DNA from: Anthoceros angustus
Taxonomy: Eukaryota > Plantae > Anthocerotophyta
Length of the DNA: 61,020 nt
Direction of reading: 5' to 3'
Assembly (NCBI GenBank): GCA_010909165.1
Contig: MU008187.1
Coordinates: 1-61,020, forward strand
Below the pieces are notes generated by a model, which made no database searches, was not told the origin of the DNA, and saw only the letters and a program-made list of their open reading frames with translations. The position numbers and the translations under genes are program-made. The first letter of the stretch is position 1. Every line of letters starts with the position of its first letter. Positions 1 through 12,587 of the stretch are shown here, one piece after another.

Positions 1-330
1 GAGGAAAGAGGACGGCCCTCCGAAATTCCGCAGAGATCCTCGACATGATGGACGGAGGAGTGAAGGCCCATGCCAAGAATGGCGGAAAATGAGTAGCATC
101 AAGGAGTCAAGTGGAGGCTCTTGCAAGATTGGGTTGGTGAATTACCAAAGAACTTTATTTCAAAGACCAACTTCCTCCGCTTTTGTGGAAGATTTCAATG
201 GGAGCTGCCGATTGGGGCACCATCATGTATGAGGCCTACATCCACCACCGGAGAAGCTCCTCAAGCCAAATGGATGAGGAAGGCCAAGGCCTACCTTAGC
301 ACCTATTTGGTGCATTTGTGGGAAACGGAG
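1..330 (+). repeat. Dispersed copy of the Gypsy-family ORF-like block found at 43690-44033
   Basis: Long by-eye match, e.g. GGCCCTC..GAAATTCC..AGAG.TCCTCGACATGATGGACGGAGG and GGGCACCATCATGTATGAGGCCTACATCCACCACCGG occur in both places. Confidence 0.85.
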
Positions 331-3300
331 GGACTTCTCACAAGCAAGGAGTTGGAAGATGCGGCATCCTTCGAGATAATTCATCTCCAAAGCTTGGAAA
401 GGCCTTTGCCTTTGCATTGAGGAAGAAGGGAGGTCGACTCCACAAGCATGCTAGAGCAAGGGCGAGGATGTAGAGGCAACAAGGTTGCCGGAGTGGGAAG
501 CTTTTCCACAAGAGCAAGGGGAGGAGAGGAACAGAACCGCCGAGGAAGGCCGAATGGTAGTCTATGAGAGGAGGACTACCAGAGGGGTGATCCCCAAGGG
601 TGGGGGGAGTCCCACCATCTCATTTGTGCCTAGAGAGAGGCACTGTGACATCACTCCTTAAGAGAAAACAAGTAGGGTTTGCAGAGCGAAGGATAAAACA
701 AGGAAAAAGGAGGAATAAGCACTGCAGATCGACTCCCGAGTATACTCCGACCTGGATGGGCAACGACTCGACCTACGGTAAAGCACGGACCACGTAACGG
801 ATAAGTCCGACTCACCCAGTCCAAGGTGATAAGTACGCCGGAAAGTAACTTAGAAGTGAGCCGTGAGGACGGACTAGGCGGCGCCACGTGGAGCCCCGAG
901 TGGAGGTGCATGCCGCCAGACCGTAGCCCCGCCAAGGGCGCAGGTGTATTCACGCCCGGCGGGCGGCGTAAGGCCAGTAAGGCCGAGTGAAGGTCGACAA
1001 GCCATGCACTGCCACGGTGGAAGAGGCGCCTTCCGCCCAGTTACTCAAGGCGCTCAAGGGGAAGGTCTCACGGCACCGAGACACCGCAGCTGCGCCGCAA
1101 CCCGCTCGGGCGCTATCTCTTGAGCGCCCAAAGACCTCTCGAGCTCACGCCGGGTTGGAGAGCGAACGCGCGAGGAGGGCGATCGCCGCTGAACTCCGCC
1201 GCGCCACAAGGAGAGAAGGCGATGGCACCCAAAAGCTCCGAAGTTTGGGAGCCATGGAACCTCGTGGAGCGCAACATTGTGACCCGGCGCTATCCGGACT
1301 TTGGGCCCGGGCCGGAGGAAGCGGAGAATTGAGGAGGAGTGGCACCGGATGCGCTGACGGTCCGACGCTCGACGGTCACCGTCCGGAGTTCGCCCAAGAT
1401 GTGGCGGTCAACAAGGAGGTGCGGTCCAAGAACCTCCGGAGGACCCGAGGCGATGGACCTTGAGGTCCCGAGGGCGGCCTACAACCGCCCAAAGGAGGAA
1501 GAAGGGGAGTGGTGCCGAGCCCCTCAAGGCGGGGGAAGATAGGGCCGCACAGCGATGCCGAGGCTCGACGCAGAGGACCACCAACGGTCGATATCCGACC
1601 CATGACAATGAGTAAGGGCGGTAGCCCGATCATTGTCCATTGAACTCGCCACCAAGGTGGATCACCTTGGTGATAACTCGCTGGTATTCTCGCGCTACTG
1701 GGGAAGAGGGCGACTGGGAAGGATTATCTTCGGCTTAGCGAGGCCCGCAAGCTCGGACCGAGAAGCCTCGCCATCTGGGCCGCCCCCATACCCGATCCAT
1801 GTATGGGGACATTTCGAGCTCTCAAGGAGGGAGAGCTTGAGCGGCGCCCGGAAAGGACTGAGGCCCCGGAAGTGGAGCGCAAGGGCGCCCGAGGTGGGAG
1901 GCCGACTCAAGGCCAAACGGACCCGGAGGAGGACGATCGAGGGAATTCGACTCCATACTGAACGGACCCCTCACCACCTGTGGAAGTATGGGAGGAAATC
2001 CGCCTCCTCCCGGTGCCCCAACCGAGCATAAGCAGAGGCCCCGACCCCAGCCGCCACCACACAACCACACCGGAGCTCTGACCGTGAGGGAACCAAGAGA
2101 CGCAAGAGGCCACCAACGCTGCACCTCGGGACGGTGCCAAGATTCACCCCCGCCTACCTGAGTGGCAAGAAGGAGGAAGGTAAGGAGGGCGAAGGACGCC
2201 GCCTGGAGCAGGAGGACACCGCAGCACCGCACTGAGCCGGGTCCCTCCGGCTGTGAAGGGGCAAAAGGGCTTGCTCCCGACTCTCACCTCCTCCGAGCCC
2301 TGTGAGAAAAAGGGCGAGAAGGAGCTCGCGCCAAAAGGGCCAAGGAGGGTGAAGCTCCGAGTCAAAGACTCGTGACCTAAGGGTCCCGATTAGGTCCGAG
2401 AACCCCGACTTACTCGACATGCGATGGAGGTCCCCGGATCTGAAATGCCGGCCCCACTACGGACTTTGTGGGAGCCTCACAAGCGGCCGTGGAAGAAACA
2501 CGGCGTCCTGCCACCATGGATTTGATGCTTTGGGGTCTCATGGATGGCCGAGAAGACCTGTGGAGGTAGAAGCCACCCGAGGCGCATGGTACTCCTCCGT
2601 GAGCAGCTGAGGGGCCCAGGAGGCAGAAGGAAGGCCAAGCTCGGCCGATTGAGGAAGGGAACGCCGGAGGCCGAGAGGGAAGTCCGTCCATCCGCAAGGA
2701 CCGACAAATTCCTTCACCGAGGAGCATGCAGCTAAGGAGGCCCAAGCGCCGAGGACCTCGCAGCAGAGGGGTAGCGCAGGAAGCGGAAGAGGCCCGGGCG
2801 AGCGGAGCGGGCGCGAGGCGGAGGCCGACCAGACCAGAGCTGCCGAGAGGCCTGTGAAGGTGGCCAAGGAGGCGGAAGCGCAAGGCCGATCGCGATCACT
2901 ATCGGCGTGATCGAACCGTGGAGGAGGCGGCCGTAGAGCCACGGCCAATCAAGGCCGAGCAGCAAGAAGAGAGCAAGCACGACGAGCTGCAGAACACCGG
3001 AGGCCAAGACCGGAAATCGGGGACCTCGCACTGCAGGAGGTAGAAGGGAGGCGGCAGGAGCCGGAGGACAAGAAGGACACCTTGGAGTTACAACCCAAGA
3101 CGCTTGAGCAAGGGGTTCTCAACGAGAGAATCCAAGACTTCGAGGAGATAGAGCGCCCACTCAAGATGGAGCAGAGGTGAGCAAGCGCGACCACCAGCCT
3201 GTGAAGTTCGCAGGAGATGGAGGATCTCCGACTCACCGGAGGTGGAGCAAAGAACAGGTGAGATGGAAGACCGCAAGGAGACTTGAGTCAGCCAAACTAC

Positions 3301-5082
3301 CATTGAGAGGAATGGTAGTCAGACATGGTCGCGAACGCGAACGGAAATAGAGCGGCCCGCCTGGCTGACGGAGGCGCGATGGAACAGGAGCAGGACGCCG
3401 AGATGGAGAAGGGCCTGGCAAAGCCCGCAGCCGCAGAGTTGCCCGACCGTCTGGAGAGGAGATGGCGAGTTAATGTAATGGACAAGAGGCGAGAGCACCG
3501 GAAGCGCATAAGCCGGGTCCATTGAGGGCGGAACGTTATGGCCGGGCAAGCCGGCAGCTGAAGCGAAGGGAGTTGGAGTGTGGAGCAACATGCCATGAGG
3601 TGACCGAGGCGCCTGCACCCGGAAGTGCGCCCATATCAAACTCGGGAGGTGGTCCAAGTCGGGCAAAGACGCTCCCCGAGCACCTATGGCAAGGGAGTAC
3701 GGTGCTCCGCACACGTGGAAGAGGCAATCCAACAAGTGGATTGACTTTGCCTATTACCACGCCCGAGCTCCTGGCAGAGGCCTCCTCACCACAGAATAGA
3801 CGGACCCCGGAAGGCCTGAGGGGAAGAAGGGCATGGACAAAGACAGGGACTCTAGGGGCCCTGCTTGAGACGACACTGGGGAGAAGAGCCTCAAGAGGAG
3901 CGACGCAACGGACCCTGTGGTAAGTTCACCGCAACCCGCCTGGAGAAGGGAGGTGACGGCCCGAAAGGGGCGTATGAGGGAGCCAACCCACCCAAGACAA
4001 GGGTCGGGAGGAGGACCCAGCAAGACGAGGTCCAGATAAGGGGTCCGGAGCTTGGGACCGGACCAGAAGTTCGACCCCGAGGTCCGAACCCGAGACGAGG
4101 CCGACCCACCGACCTGACTCAGAAATAAGCCGACTGGAGTTCAGACCGAGTCGAGACCGACCTCGAGGTCCGACTCAAGAAGGAGGAGCCCCTTCGACTT
4201 ACGCTTAGGGGAGCAGAGTGGGGCCCCACCGAGGGGACCCACGGGAGGCTGTGGAGGATGACGTTGGTACCCGGCCGACCGCCACGAGCCCAACCCGGCT
4301 GTGATTCCGGGAGAGGAGGGGTCTACCGGATCATCCGATTGCGCGCCGCAACTGTGACGGGAGATTGGACCACCAATCCCAAGGAACCCGGACCTTCCCC
4401 CACCACGAAGGAGATAGGGGAGGAATAGGATGGTAGGCGGCCGATTAGGGTATCTTGGTGCCATCATTTCGAATAGAGTGTAATAAAGGCGCCTTGGGCG
4501 TAGTATAAGAGGTGGGGCTGCCACAGATAAATCATCTTTCTCTTGGTGTTGATGCGTTCTTGCAGACCTTTGTGTGTCTTCTTGCTAACGTGAGTCTGAG
4601 TCAGGCGAGCACGGCGGCTCGGAGAGATTGATCGGGGTCTGGTGGACCTAACGTGTTGTGGTGTGTGCGGGGGAGGTGGAGGGACCGTGCTCGTCGAGCC
4701 GCCCGGCCGAGCAGGCCGGGCGTGTGGCCGGAGGACTCGGGAGGCGTCTGAGCCGGACGGAGGCCAGTGAGCAGCGGAGGAGGTCGGTGTAACCAGCGTC
4801 TTTCCTAAGGCGATAAGTGTAGTGTGAGTGGAGAGGAGACGGGGGGCGTGAGTGGACGTGAGCAAACGATGACAGGTCCTTAAGCGTTTGGCCATACGGG
4901 CTGTCGGTGATTTTGCGAGTAGTTAGATGTGAGCTAAATGTGTGCGTTGGGAACTAAAGTAAAGGCGAGAATCGCTGAAAGCAGCGCAGACTGTCATTCC
5001 CTTGAGCGGACTCCTTCCTACAACGACCACGGGATTATGCGCGCGGCTGGCCATCGGTGAAAGTGGCGCCCAGTGACTCTCC

Positions 5083-6440
5083 GGGGGAGGCAGCCCAAGG
5101 GTGGGCATCACCGGTAGGCAGTCACCTACCACGCAGTAGGTAGGCGGAACTCTGCAGTGAGGCAGACCCTACCGTGGGCAGCATCCTCGCGGTAGGCGCA
5201 AGCAACCCACGACGGTAGGGAAGGGAAGGAGAAGCATGAGGCGCGGGCGGCGCCTAGGCCGCCACTACACCAGCTCGGAGGAAGGCGGATGGGGGCGGTG
5301 AGAGGACCCCCCCACCGCTGTGATGGTCAGGGAGAAATTTCCAGCAAGAAGGCGAGAGGGTGGAATTAGGACCCCTAGGAGAATTGCTGAGTGCTTGTGA
5401 GACACTCAGCCGTGTGAATTTGAAGGGGGCTAGGGAGCTAGCAGCCTCCTTGTGGGCAAGTCAGGAGGAAGTCAAGGCCCAAGAAATGACGGAGAGGAGA
5501 GCAGGGACTAAATGGCAATTGGAAGCCATGGAGTCCGACGAGAAGGCAGCCAAGCTGGAGAAGGTTGTGGAAAAACTCAGTGAGGATCTCGTGGACCCGA
5601 GGCGGAGAAGGTCCTAGAGGGAGGATCACGAGGAGGAGAGCCATTCGGGCAACAACCCAGGATTCATGGAGGAGGCGGAAGAGCATTTTGCCCGCTAGGC
5701 GGGAGAGAAAGGGCAAAAGCAGAGGCTCTCTAGGAAGGGAGAAGGTGGCGATCCAACAAATGGATGCACAAGAGCAGGTGATGGCTACCCAAGCCATCAA
5801 GATCCGGGACATGGAAGAGGAATTGCGAAGGACCCGGTTCAATTTGGAAGAGAAGCGCGCGGAGCTAAAGGCTCAAGATCAGCAGGTACAAGAGCTAGAG
5901 CGCGAGGGAAGTGAGTGGCAAGTGGAGAAGGAGACTTGCCAAGCAAATGGCTGAGCTGGAACAAAGGAGGTTCCAAGAGGAAGAGCACCACAAGAAGGTG
6001 GTGCACAGGATGCTGGTAGTGAGGAAAAGGAGATTTTGGGCAGATTACGCCCTTCAGGCAAGGATGGCCAACCAGCTGAAAGAAGCAAGGGAGGAGAATG
6101 TGACCCTCCATGTCAAGGTGGGAGAATTGACCACCGCTAGGGACGCCTACAAGGGTAGGTGTGAGGATGGAGAGTGGCCACGGAGTTGATGATCTCTCCG
6201 GCGTTATCATAGCTTAGGGGCTCACCTCCATAATAGGATTTTGAAGGCCAACAATGAGGTGCTACGGTTGGCCAAGAGGAGGACAATAGGTCCTCATGAT
6301 GATGGCAGGAAGGGCTGCGGCAAGTGCAGGCCTCGACTTTGATGAGGCTACAAGTGACATGGACTCAGGAATGGGAGTCGGAAGGTGGAGAGGCGGCGAG
6401 GCGAAGGATGGCGTGAGGAGCAAGGAGGAGGCCCGCCTCC
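5083..6440 (+). repeat. Copy 1 of a ~1.3 kb direct repeat (palindrome cluster followed by a frameshifted coiled-coil-like ORF); probably Gypsy-family derived
   Basis: Colinear with 7881-9150, e.g. shared CTAAATGGCAATTGGA.GCCATGGAGTCCGACGAGAAGGCAGCCAAG and ATAGGATTTTGAAGGCCAACAATGAGGTGCT. Confidence 0.85.
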
Positions 6441-7880
6441 CGGTCACAAGGTTCGATTATGCAGGACACGATACAGGAAATCAGCCTCTCGATGTTGTTT
6501 ATCGCGTGGCCAACTGCTGGTCTAGCAAGAAACAAGAACAGTTCTTTCGCTACGTAGGTTTAGTATCGTGTTAACAAACCGCTATGAAGTGGTGTGGTGT
6601 CGCTTTGTAATTGGGCATAACATTTCCACATGTAAATTCAAGTGATAATCAAGACTCTCTCGTGCGGATCAATCATAAGCATTCAAGTCATCTACCTATC
6701 TCGGATCTCTCGACTGGACCGCTTCTCCACCGGATGATGACGGTAGATGTGATGTTAATGATTTCGGACAAGATGAGATAGAAACTAAAAGGTCAAAACA
6801 AGGGAGTAATTTGAGGAACAAGCAAAGGAGGACGGGTTAACAACATTATGAATAAGGGCCGGCCATAGCTGATCACATGCCCGTGAAATTTCTTGAGGTC
6901 TCGCAACATGCACTGGCATGGTGGCAGAGCCTTCTTACACTTATACCACACAGAGAGGAGGATCAAGCCCAAAGTCACAATCTTGGTATTCGCCAACGCA
7001 CGTCGTGAAAACGCTAAGGTGCACCGGAGTTTGCTTTCCAAATCATAGCAAATGGGAGTTGTCTATGTGAAGAGGTTGGCTTATCTCTAGAAGGCGGCAT
7101 TTCATCACTTTGGAGCGTGGCGCTAGATGTAAGCTCCTCGAAGGACCGCCCATCCTCAAAGAATCATGCCTGCTTCGCCAAGAACTCTTCCTCTTCAAAG
7201 TAGCCTCAAGGGTAGGCGTCCTCTTCCACACGGCCCTTCACCTAAACATGCTTGAAATCAAGCTAAGAAGGAGGAGGACAAGGGTTTGTCCCAGGGTCGA
7301 CAGCCATGGCACCAAGATCTCTTAGGTGCTGCGCCGTCTGAAAGTGAGGGAGGGAGACATACAAATCGCTGAGCACAGTCGAAATACGCAGAAGAAAGAA
7401 CAAACAGCCGAATGGTAGCCAATTATGAGCGCCGGTTTTCATGGGAGGGTAAAGGCATAAGATAGGGGACCAAGAGACGTGAATAAGGAATTGTACAAAC
7501 ACACACACACAAGCTCATTATGATGAAGAGTACAAAACCGAAACCCAAGGTATCACAACAAGTGGGAGGTAGAAGGAGAGCTTCATCCCCTAGGGTTTAG
7601 AGGTTTACAGCTTATATTTAGTGATAAGACAGATAAGCTATACAGATATAAATGTATATAGTTGTTAAGAAACAGTCGAAATAAAAGTGCACAATTTGTG
7701 TTGTTTAAAAACTAACTTACCGTTAATTAGTTCAATGTATATTTTGATAAGAAACAATCTTCTTTAATATGTAATTGTTTTAGTGCAATTGGTCTACATA
7801 ACCCTTAAATAATGACAAATATGGTGGGAGTCCACCATCTCGCTTTGTGCCTAGCAGAGAGGCACCCCGCCACCTACCCT

Positions 7881-9150
7881 GAGGGGAGGCAACCCACCAA
7901 GAGGGTGGGACTCACCGTAGGAGTCACCCACCAGGTAGGCGACGCTGGGGAGAGCTCACCGCGAGGCACCCCGCCAGAGGGTGCACCACGGCAGGGGAAG
8001 GAAGGCAAAGAAGCGCTGCTGGGCGGCCTTAGGCCACCACTACCCGCGCTTGGAGGAAGGGCGGATGGGGCGACCGTGAGGGGACCCGCCGCGCTGATGG
8101 CCTCATGGAGCAAGGGAGCTGAGATTTCCAGCAAGGGCCAACAAAGTAATTTGGGCCCTTAGAGACTTGGCCGAGTGCTTGTGAAGCACTCACCATGTGG
8201 GATTTGAAGGGGCTAGGAGCTAGCTCCTTGTGGGCATGAGGAAGTCAAGGCCCAAGACATGGACGGAGAGGAAGGCAGGACTAAATGGCAATTGGAGGCC
8301 ATGGAGTCCGACGAGAAGGCAGCCAAGTTGAGAAGGTCAGAGAAGCTCCACGACCTTGTGGACCAACGCGCGGGAGAAGGTCCCGAGGGAAGGTTCAACA
8401 GAGGAGAGAGCCATTCGACAACCCAAAGGGACTCTGGAGGCGTATATGGAGGAGCATTTTGCCCAATTAGAGCAAGAAAGGGCAAACGAGGGAAGGGAGA
8501 AGGTGGCGGTCCAACAAATGGACGCAAGAGTGTGATGGCTACCCAAGCCATCAAATCCGGACATGAGAAGAATTGGGACAGACACTCGGAGGAGAAGCGA
8601 GCCGGAAAAGGCTCAAGACCTACTACAAGAGTTGGAGCGAAAAGGGTGCTGGCAGAGGAGAGGGAGAAGCTTGGCAATGGCCGAGCTGGAACAAAGGAGG
8701 TTCCAGAGGAGGAGCACCACAAGAAGGTGGCATGGATGCCGTAGTGAGGAAGGTTTTGGCGATTATGCCCTTCAAAAATTGGCCAACCAAAAAGAAGCAA
8801 GGGAGGAGAATGTGACCTCCATGTCAAGGTGGGAGAATTGACCACCGCATGAGAGACGCCTACAAGGGTAGGTGTGAGGATGGAGAGTGGCTCACGAGAT
8901 TGATGATCTCAAATGCATTACAGCTTGGGGCTCACCTCCATATAGGATTTTGAAGGCCAACAATGAGGTGCTGTTTTGGCCAAGAGGAGGACAATAGGTC
9001 CTCATGATGATGAAGGAGCCGCAGTGTAGCCGGAAGCCTCACTTTGACGAGGCTACAAGTGACATGGACTCCGAGGAACTGGGAGTCAAGGTGGAGAAGA
9101 GAGGCAGAGCGAGGGATGGCGTGAGGAGCAAGGAGGGGGACAGCCCGCCC
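7881..9150 (+). repeat. Copy 2 of the ~1.3 kb direct repeat
   Basis: Colinear with 5083-6440, with many small indels. Confidence 0.85.
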
Positions 9151-9929
9151 GTGGGGTCACCACCACCAGGTAGACCATCACCACGTAGTCCCGCCACCGT
9201 GGTAGACAATACGCCACGGTAGTCCGCTGACTACCGGGTGGGCAAGCAAGCGCGGGCTTGCCGGGAGCCGTGCGGAGGCCCGGGCCGTGAGGGAAGGAGC
9301 CGGGGGGCCTAGTGACACACCCCGCAGAATAGAAGAGGAGGTGGGGGAGACAATCCCACCGAGGAGACCAAGGACGGGACCACGAGGTAGGAGGAGGGGT
9401 GAGAAATTCCTCACCCCTGATAAGGGAAGAGCTGTGAGAAAGATGCCCAAGAAGTTAGACATCGCGATTGGGGAAAAAATGAAGAAATGCTCCATGATAG
9501 GTATGGACAAATCCAAACAGAGGAAAGGAGCAAGGATTCCACCCAAGAGACATCGCGAAGAAGAAGAGAAGAAGGAGAAGGATCGACTACCATGGGTAGT
9601 CACCCACCTTAGTCCGCCGACTAGCGGTAGGGTGCGATAAAGCGCCACCAAAGCGGGAGGGCGGGCGAGCGCTGAGGGGGGCGCGATTGCTGGAGGACCA
9701 GAGGAATCAGGGCGCCGCCCCGCGGAGATGGGGGAAGGGGCAAGATTGTACTTGCCCCACACATTGGGAAGATGACAAGGACTGGGAAGGGGCAAGAGCA
9801 AAAGGAGGGCGAGGGAGCCAATCCGCAATGAACGCGTCACTATCCCAGCAGAATGAAGACTAGATATGGTCAAAGACCATAAATGCTGAGTAGGAGAATA
9901 GAAAGGATAAGTGGTGTAGACTGACATCC

Positions 9930-10400
9930 TTTAAGGATGATCTTAGGTGAAGTTACTAGAATAGAATTTACCAAGGATCAGACAATGGACTTAGGTGCCA
10001 GGCATTAAATGCTGGCGGTAGGAAATAATAGAATATTGGAAAAGGTGACTGCAGTAGGGTCACCTAAGGGAGGTTGTATGTGGAAGCCTCCTATAAGAGG
10101 AGGAGGATTTCACAAAGTAAAGTATCACGCGTCTTCGCCCATACTCATGAGTCCTTTGCCCTTGTAAAGGAATTTCGTGCAGTGTGAGCCAAGTCGGTGA
10201 GAGGAAGTCGCGGTGGTCGGAGTGCTTGGTGGAGGACTCACTTGCAAGCGCCTAAGCAGTTGCTCCCTTGTGAATGGTTGCTGTGAAATTGCTTTGCTTT
10301 GGGTGTGTGGCAATGCTTAGGGAACTCTCGGCTTGAGGGTAGACTACAGGGAAAGACTCCCTGGAGGTTCTCGCTGTTTGGTGTCAAACTCATAGTAACC
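9930..10400 (+). mobile_element. Truncated Gypsy-family LTR fragment (end of U3, TATA, start of R/U5)
   Basis: Reverse complement of 16900-17310 and 46300-46770; TATA-like CCTATAAGAGG at about 10090. Confidence 0.75.
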
Positions 10401-10404
10401 GGTG

Positions 10405-10890
10405 CAATGTTGGGTCGGACAAACACACTGGACAGGAGTTAAGAGAGTCGTTAGGTACTTGAAAGGAACATCAAACATAGGGATCAAGTTCAGACACATT
10501 CCCCGTACACTTTGGGCTGGATGTATGCGACTCACTGCAGGAGATGTTGATACCACGAAGATCGGCCGTGGTACGTCGTTATGGTTGCGGGTGATTCTTT
10601 GGTCCGAGAAACAACCCACCGTTATACATCAAAGAGTGATCTGAGTACTTCTTCTGACCACGGCCAGATTGCTTGGTGCAAATTGATGTCCAAGGAACTA
10701 GGTGCCACTTCCAACGCACTACGATAAAACGGACAACGTGGATCAATGAACTTGGCTAAAAATCCCGTATTCCATTCTCGCACAAAACACGTGGAGGTGG
10801 AGTATCACTTCATCAGGGACCTCATCAAGTCTGGTCAAATCATGCTGGAATGTATACCAACCGCAGAGAATCCAGCAGATGTCCTAGCCT
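10405..10890 (+). pseudogene. pol: Ty1/Copia RT-RNase H C-terminal remnant, frameshifted
   Basis: Translates to HWTGVKRVVRYLKGT, then KNPVFHSRTKHVEVEYHFIRD and PTAENPADVL, which are canonical Copia RT/RNase H motifs. Confidence 0.85.
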
Positions 10891-10905
10891 AACAGCTAGG
10901 TGCAG

Positions 10906-11275
10906 TGTGGTAGGGAAAACCCCGGGTCTTCCGAGATTCTCCCACTCTAGCGGCCACACTTATCCCACTGTCACTTCGTACATTGGGTTTCGTCCCATGA
11001 GACTTGTGTGAAAGTTCGAGGTCTTGTGATGACCGGTCGCTACCTGCAGTGACACACTTCTCAGCCTTCTAAACAAGCAAGGCGCCCTCTACTCTCCCTA
11101 TTACAGCAGCTGCCCCACTGGCACTGCTCCGAAAAATCACCAATCCTCGACCTACAACGACACACACTGTGTCCCGCCTTAGCGTGAGGAGCCTATCACG
11201 AGGCGCCTGTGGACCCCAGTCCACACCGCAACTGTCCCTACTTCTAAGACCACTCTTCTCCACTGTGGGCCCCAA
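10906..11275 (-). mobile_element. Gypsy-family LTR 3'-terminal fragment (U5 end)
   Basis: Starts TGTGGTAGGGAAAACCCCGGG on +; near-identical to 16370 onward and related to 45558 and 54762. Confidence 0.8.
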
Positions 11276-11656
11276 AGCCTTAGCTAGATTCCTCAACCTT
11301 CCAAGAGCAAAATCCTTGATCCATTATTACAAAGTTGCAAAATTTCAAGCCAAACGAGCACACCTTAGGGTGAGGTATATACAGATACTTGATAGCATCA
11401 AAATCACTGGGACAAACATTTCACCCAGATTCCTCTTTCAACAATCATTGAGTGCATCCGTTGCAAAAGCAAAGTCTCCATCGCAGCATCATCCACCCCA
11501 TCCCTACACCAATGCTCACAGACTCATCGCTTCTAACTAAAGCAACAAGAGCGGGACAAGAATCGAGGCCCTCTCAACAATAGCCTAAGTGCCTTGCGCT
11601 TCTATCTCTTCACGCCCTACCAAAGATGCGAATCGAATTACACCCCGCTATCGGAG

Positions 11657-11731
11657 CATAAGAATTGCAGCATCGACCATAGAATTGCAGATCAAGACCA
11701 TAGAATTGCGGCATCAGACCATAGAATTGCA
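11657..11731 (+). repeat. 21-bp tandem repeat, about 3.5 copies
   Basis: CATA(A)GAATTGC starts at 11657, 11678, 11699 and 11720. Confidence 0.9.
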
Positions 11732-12343
11732 TAAAAGAGCCAAAGGAAATAAAAGCGATGGAGGTACGGTGGGCACCTTCGCAATGGGAGTAGAATCTTG
11801 GTGAACTTCTCGGCAAGAGGAGATGGGAGTCCCAGAGTCGGTCGATCTTCGACGAGCCCTCGACAATCTCGCCTATCTCGTCCCACAACGAAGGAGAGAT
11901 ACGATAAATTCACCGTGAATTGAGCATCCGGATACCATTCGCTTAGCAACCCCTAAAACTTCACATGCCAATTCTATCCATGAACTTGCCTACCAAGGTG
12001 TCCCGACAACTACCTCATCCACAGTCCTCGCTTCAACAATCGCTTAGTGCCAGAAACACCTAGGCCGCCTTCTCCGTTCATCATAGACACATACATGTCT
12101 ACTGTAGGTCGACCACTCAACATCCAGCAATCCTCTTTCAACAATCATTTGAATCAATCACAAACCTTAGGCTTGGCGTGCATCCTCCAATTCACTACAT
12201 ACACATATGTGTGTAAGTATTGCAAGTTTGAGGAGCCTTTCATGGGCTAGATCCACCTCTAGTCCTTAGGTGTTTTGAGGCATAGGATCGATCGCATTTT
12301 ACAAAGATAACGCCTTGTTAGATTCCCACTATTTTGAAGGGGG

Positions 12344-12493
12344 AGCATCATGGCACTTGAAGGCCGTGATGCTATGCTAAAAGACATGCTCGGACTTGAA
12401 GCGTGCGTTCAGCAGGATGTATGTTGATGCACGAGGAAAAGAAGGTTCAATTGTTATAGCACGAGCATCACGGCACTCTAAGGCCGTGATGCT
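12344..12493. repeat. Two copies, 120 bp apart, of an 11-bp-stem inverted repeat
   Basis: AGCATCA(T/C)GGC-N8-GCCGTGATGCT at 12344-12373 and 12464-12493. Confidence 0.9.
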
Positions 12494-12587
12494 CGCCAGC
12501 GCATATGCCCCGGACGTGAAGGCCATTATACATGCAGTTCATGAGCGGAAGGATGAATGTTGAGCCTATCAAGAGGAATATAAGATT

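Noticed and set aside
1650-1672. Perfect 10-bp-stem hairpin CACCAAGGTG-GAT-CACCTTGGTG
   Set aside because: Single occurrence with no supporting context; plausible by chance in 61 kb
5064-5086. PBS-like TGGCGCCCAGTG
   Set aside because: Not preceded by an LTR-terminal CA, and the tRNA match ends after about 8 nt
6840-7060. Copia RT-like words on minus (RPQEISRACDQL, PLHIDN)
   Set aside because: Motifs are in the wrong order and neighbouring conserved blocks are absent
7585-7605. Telomere-like TAGGGTTTAG (similar single units at about 19820, 21197 and 41533)
   Set aside because: Single units, no array
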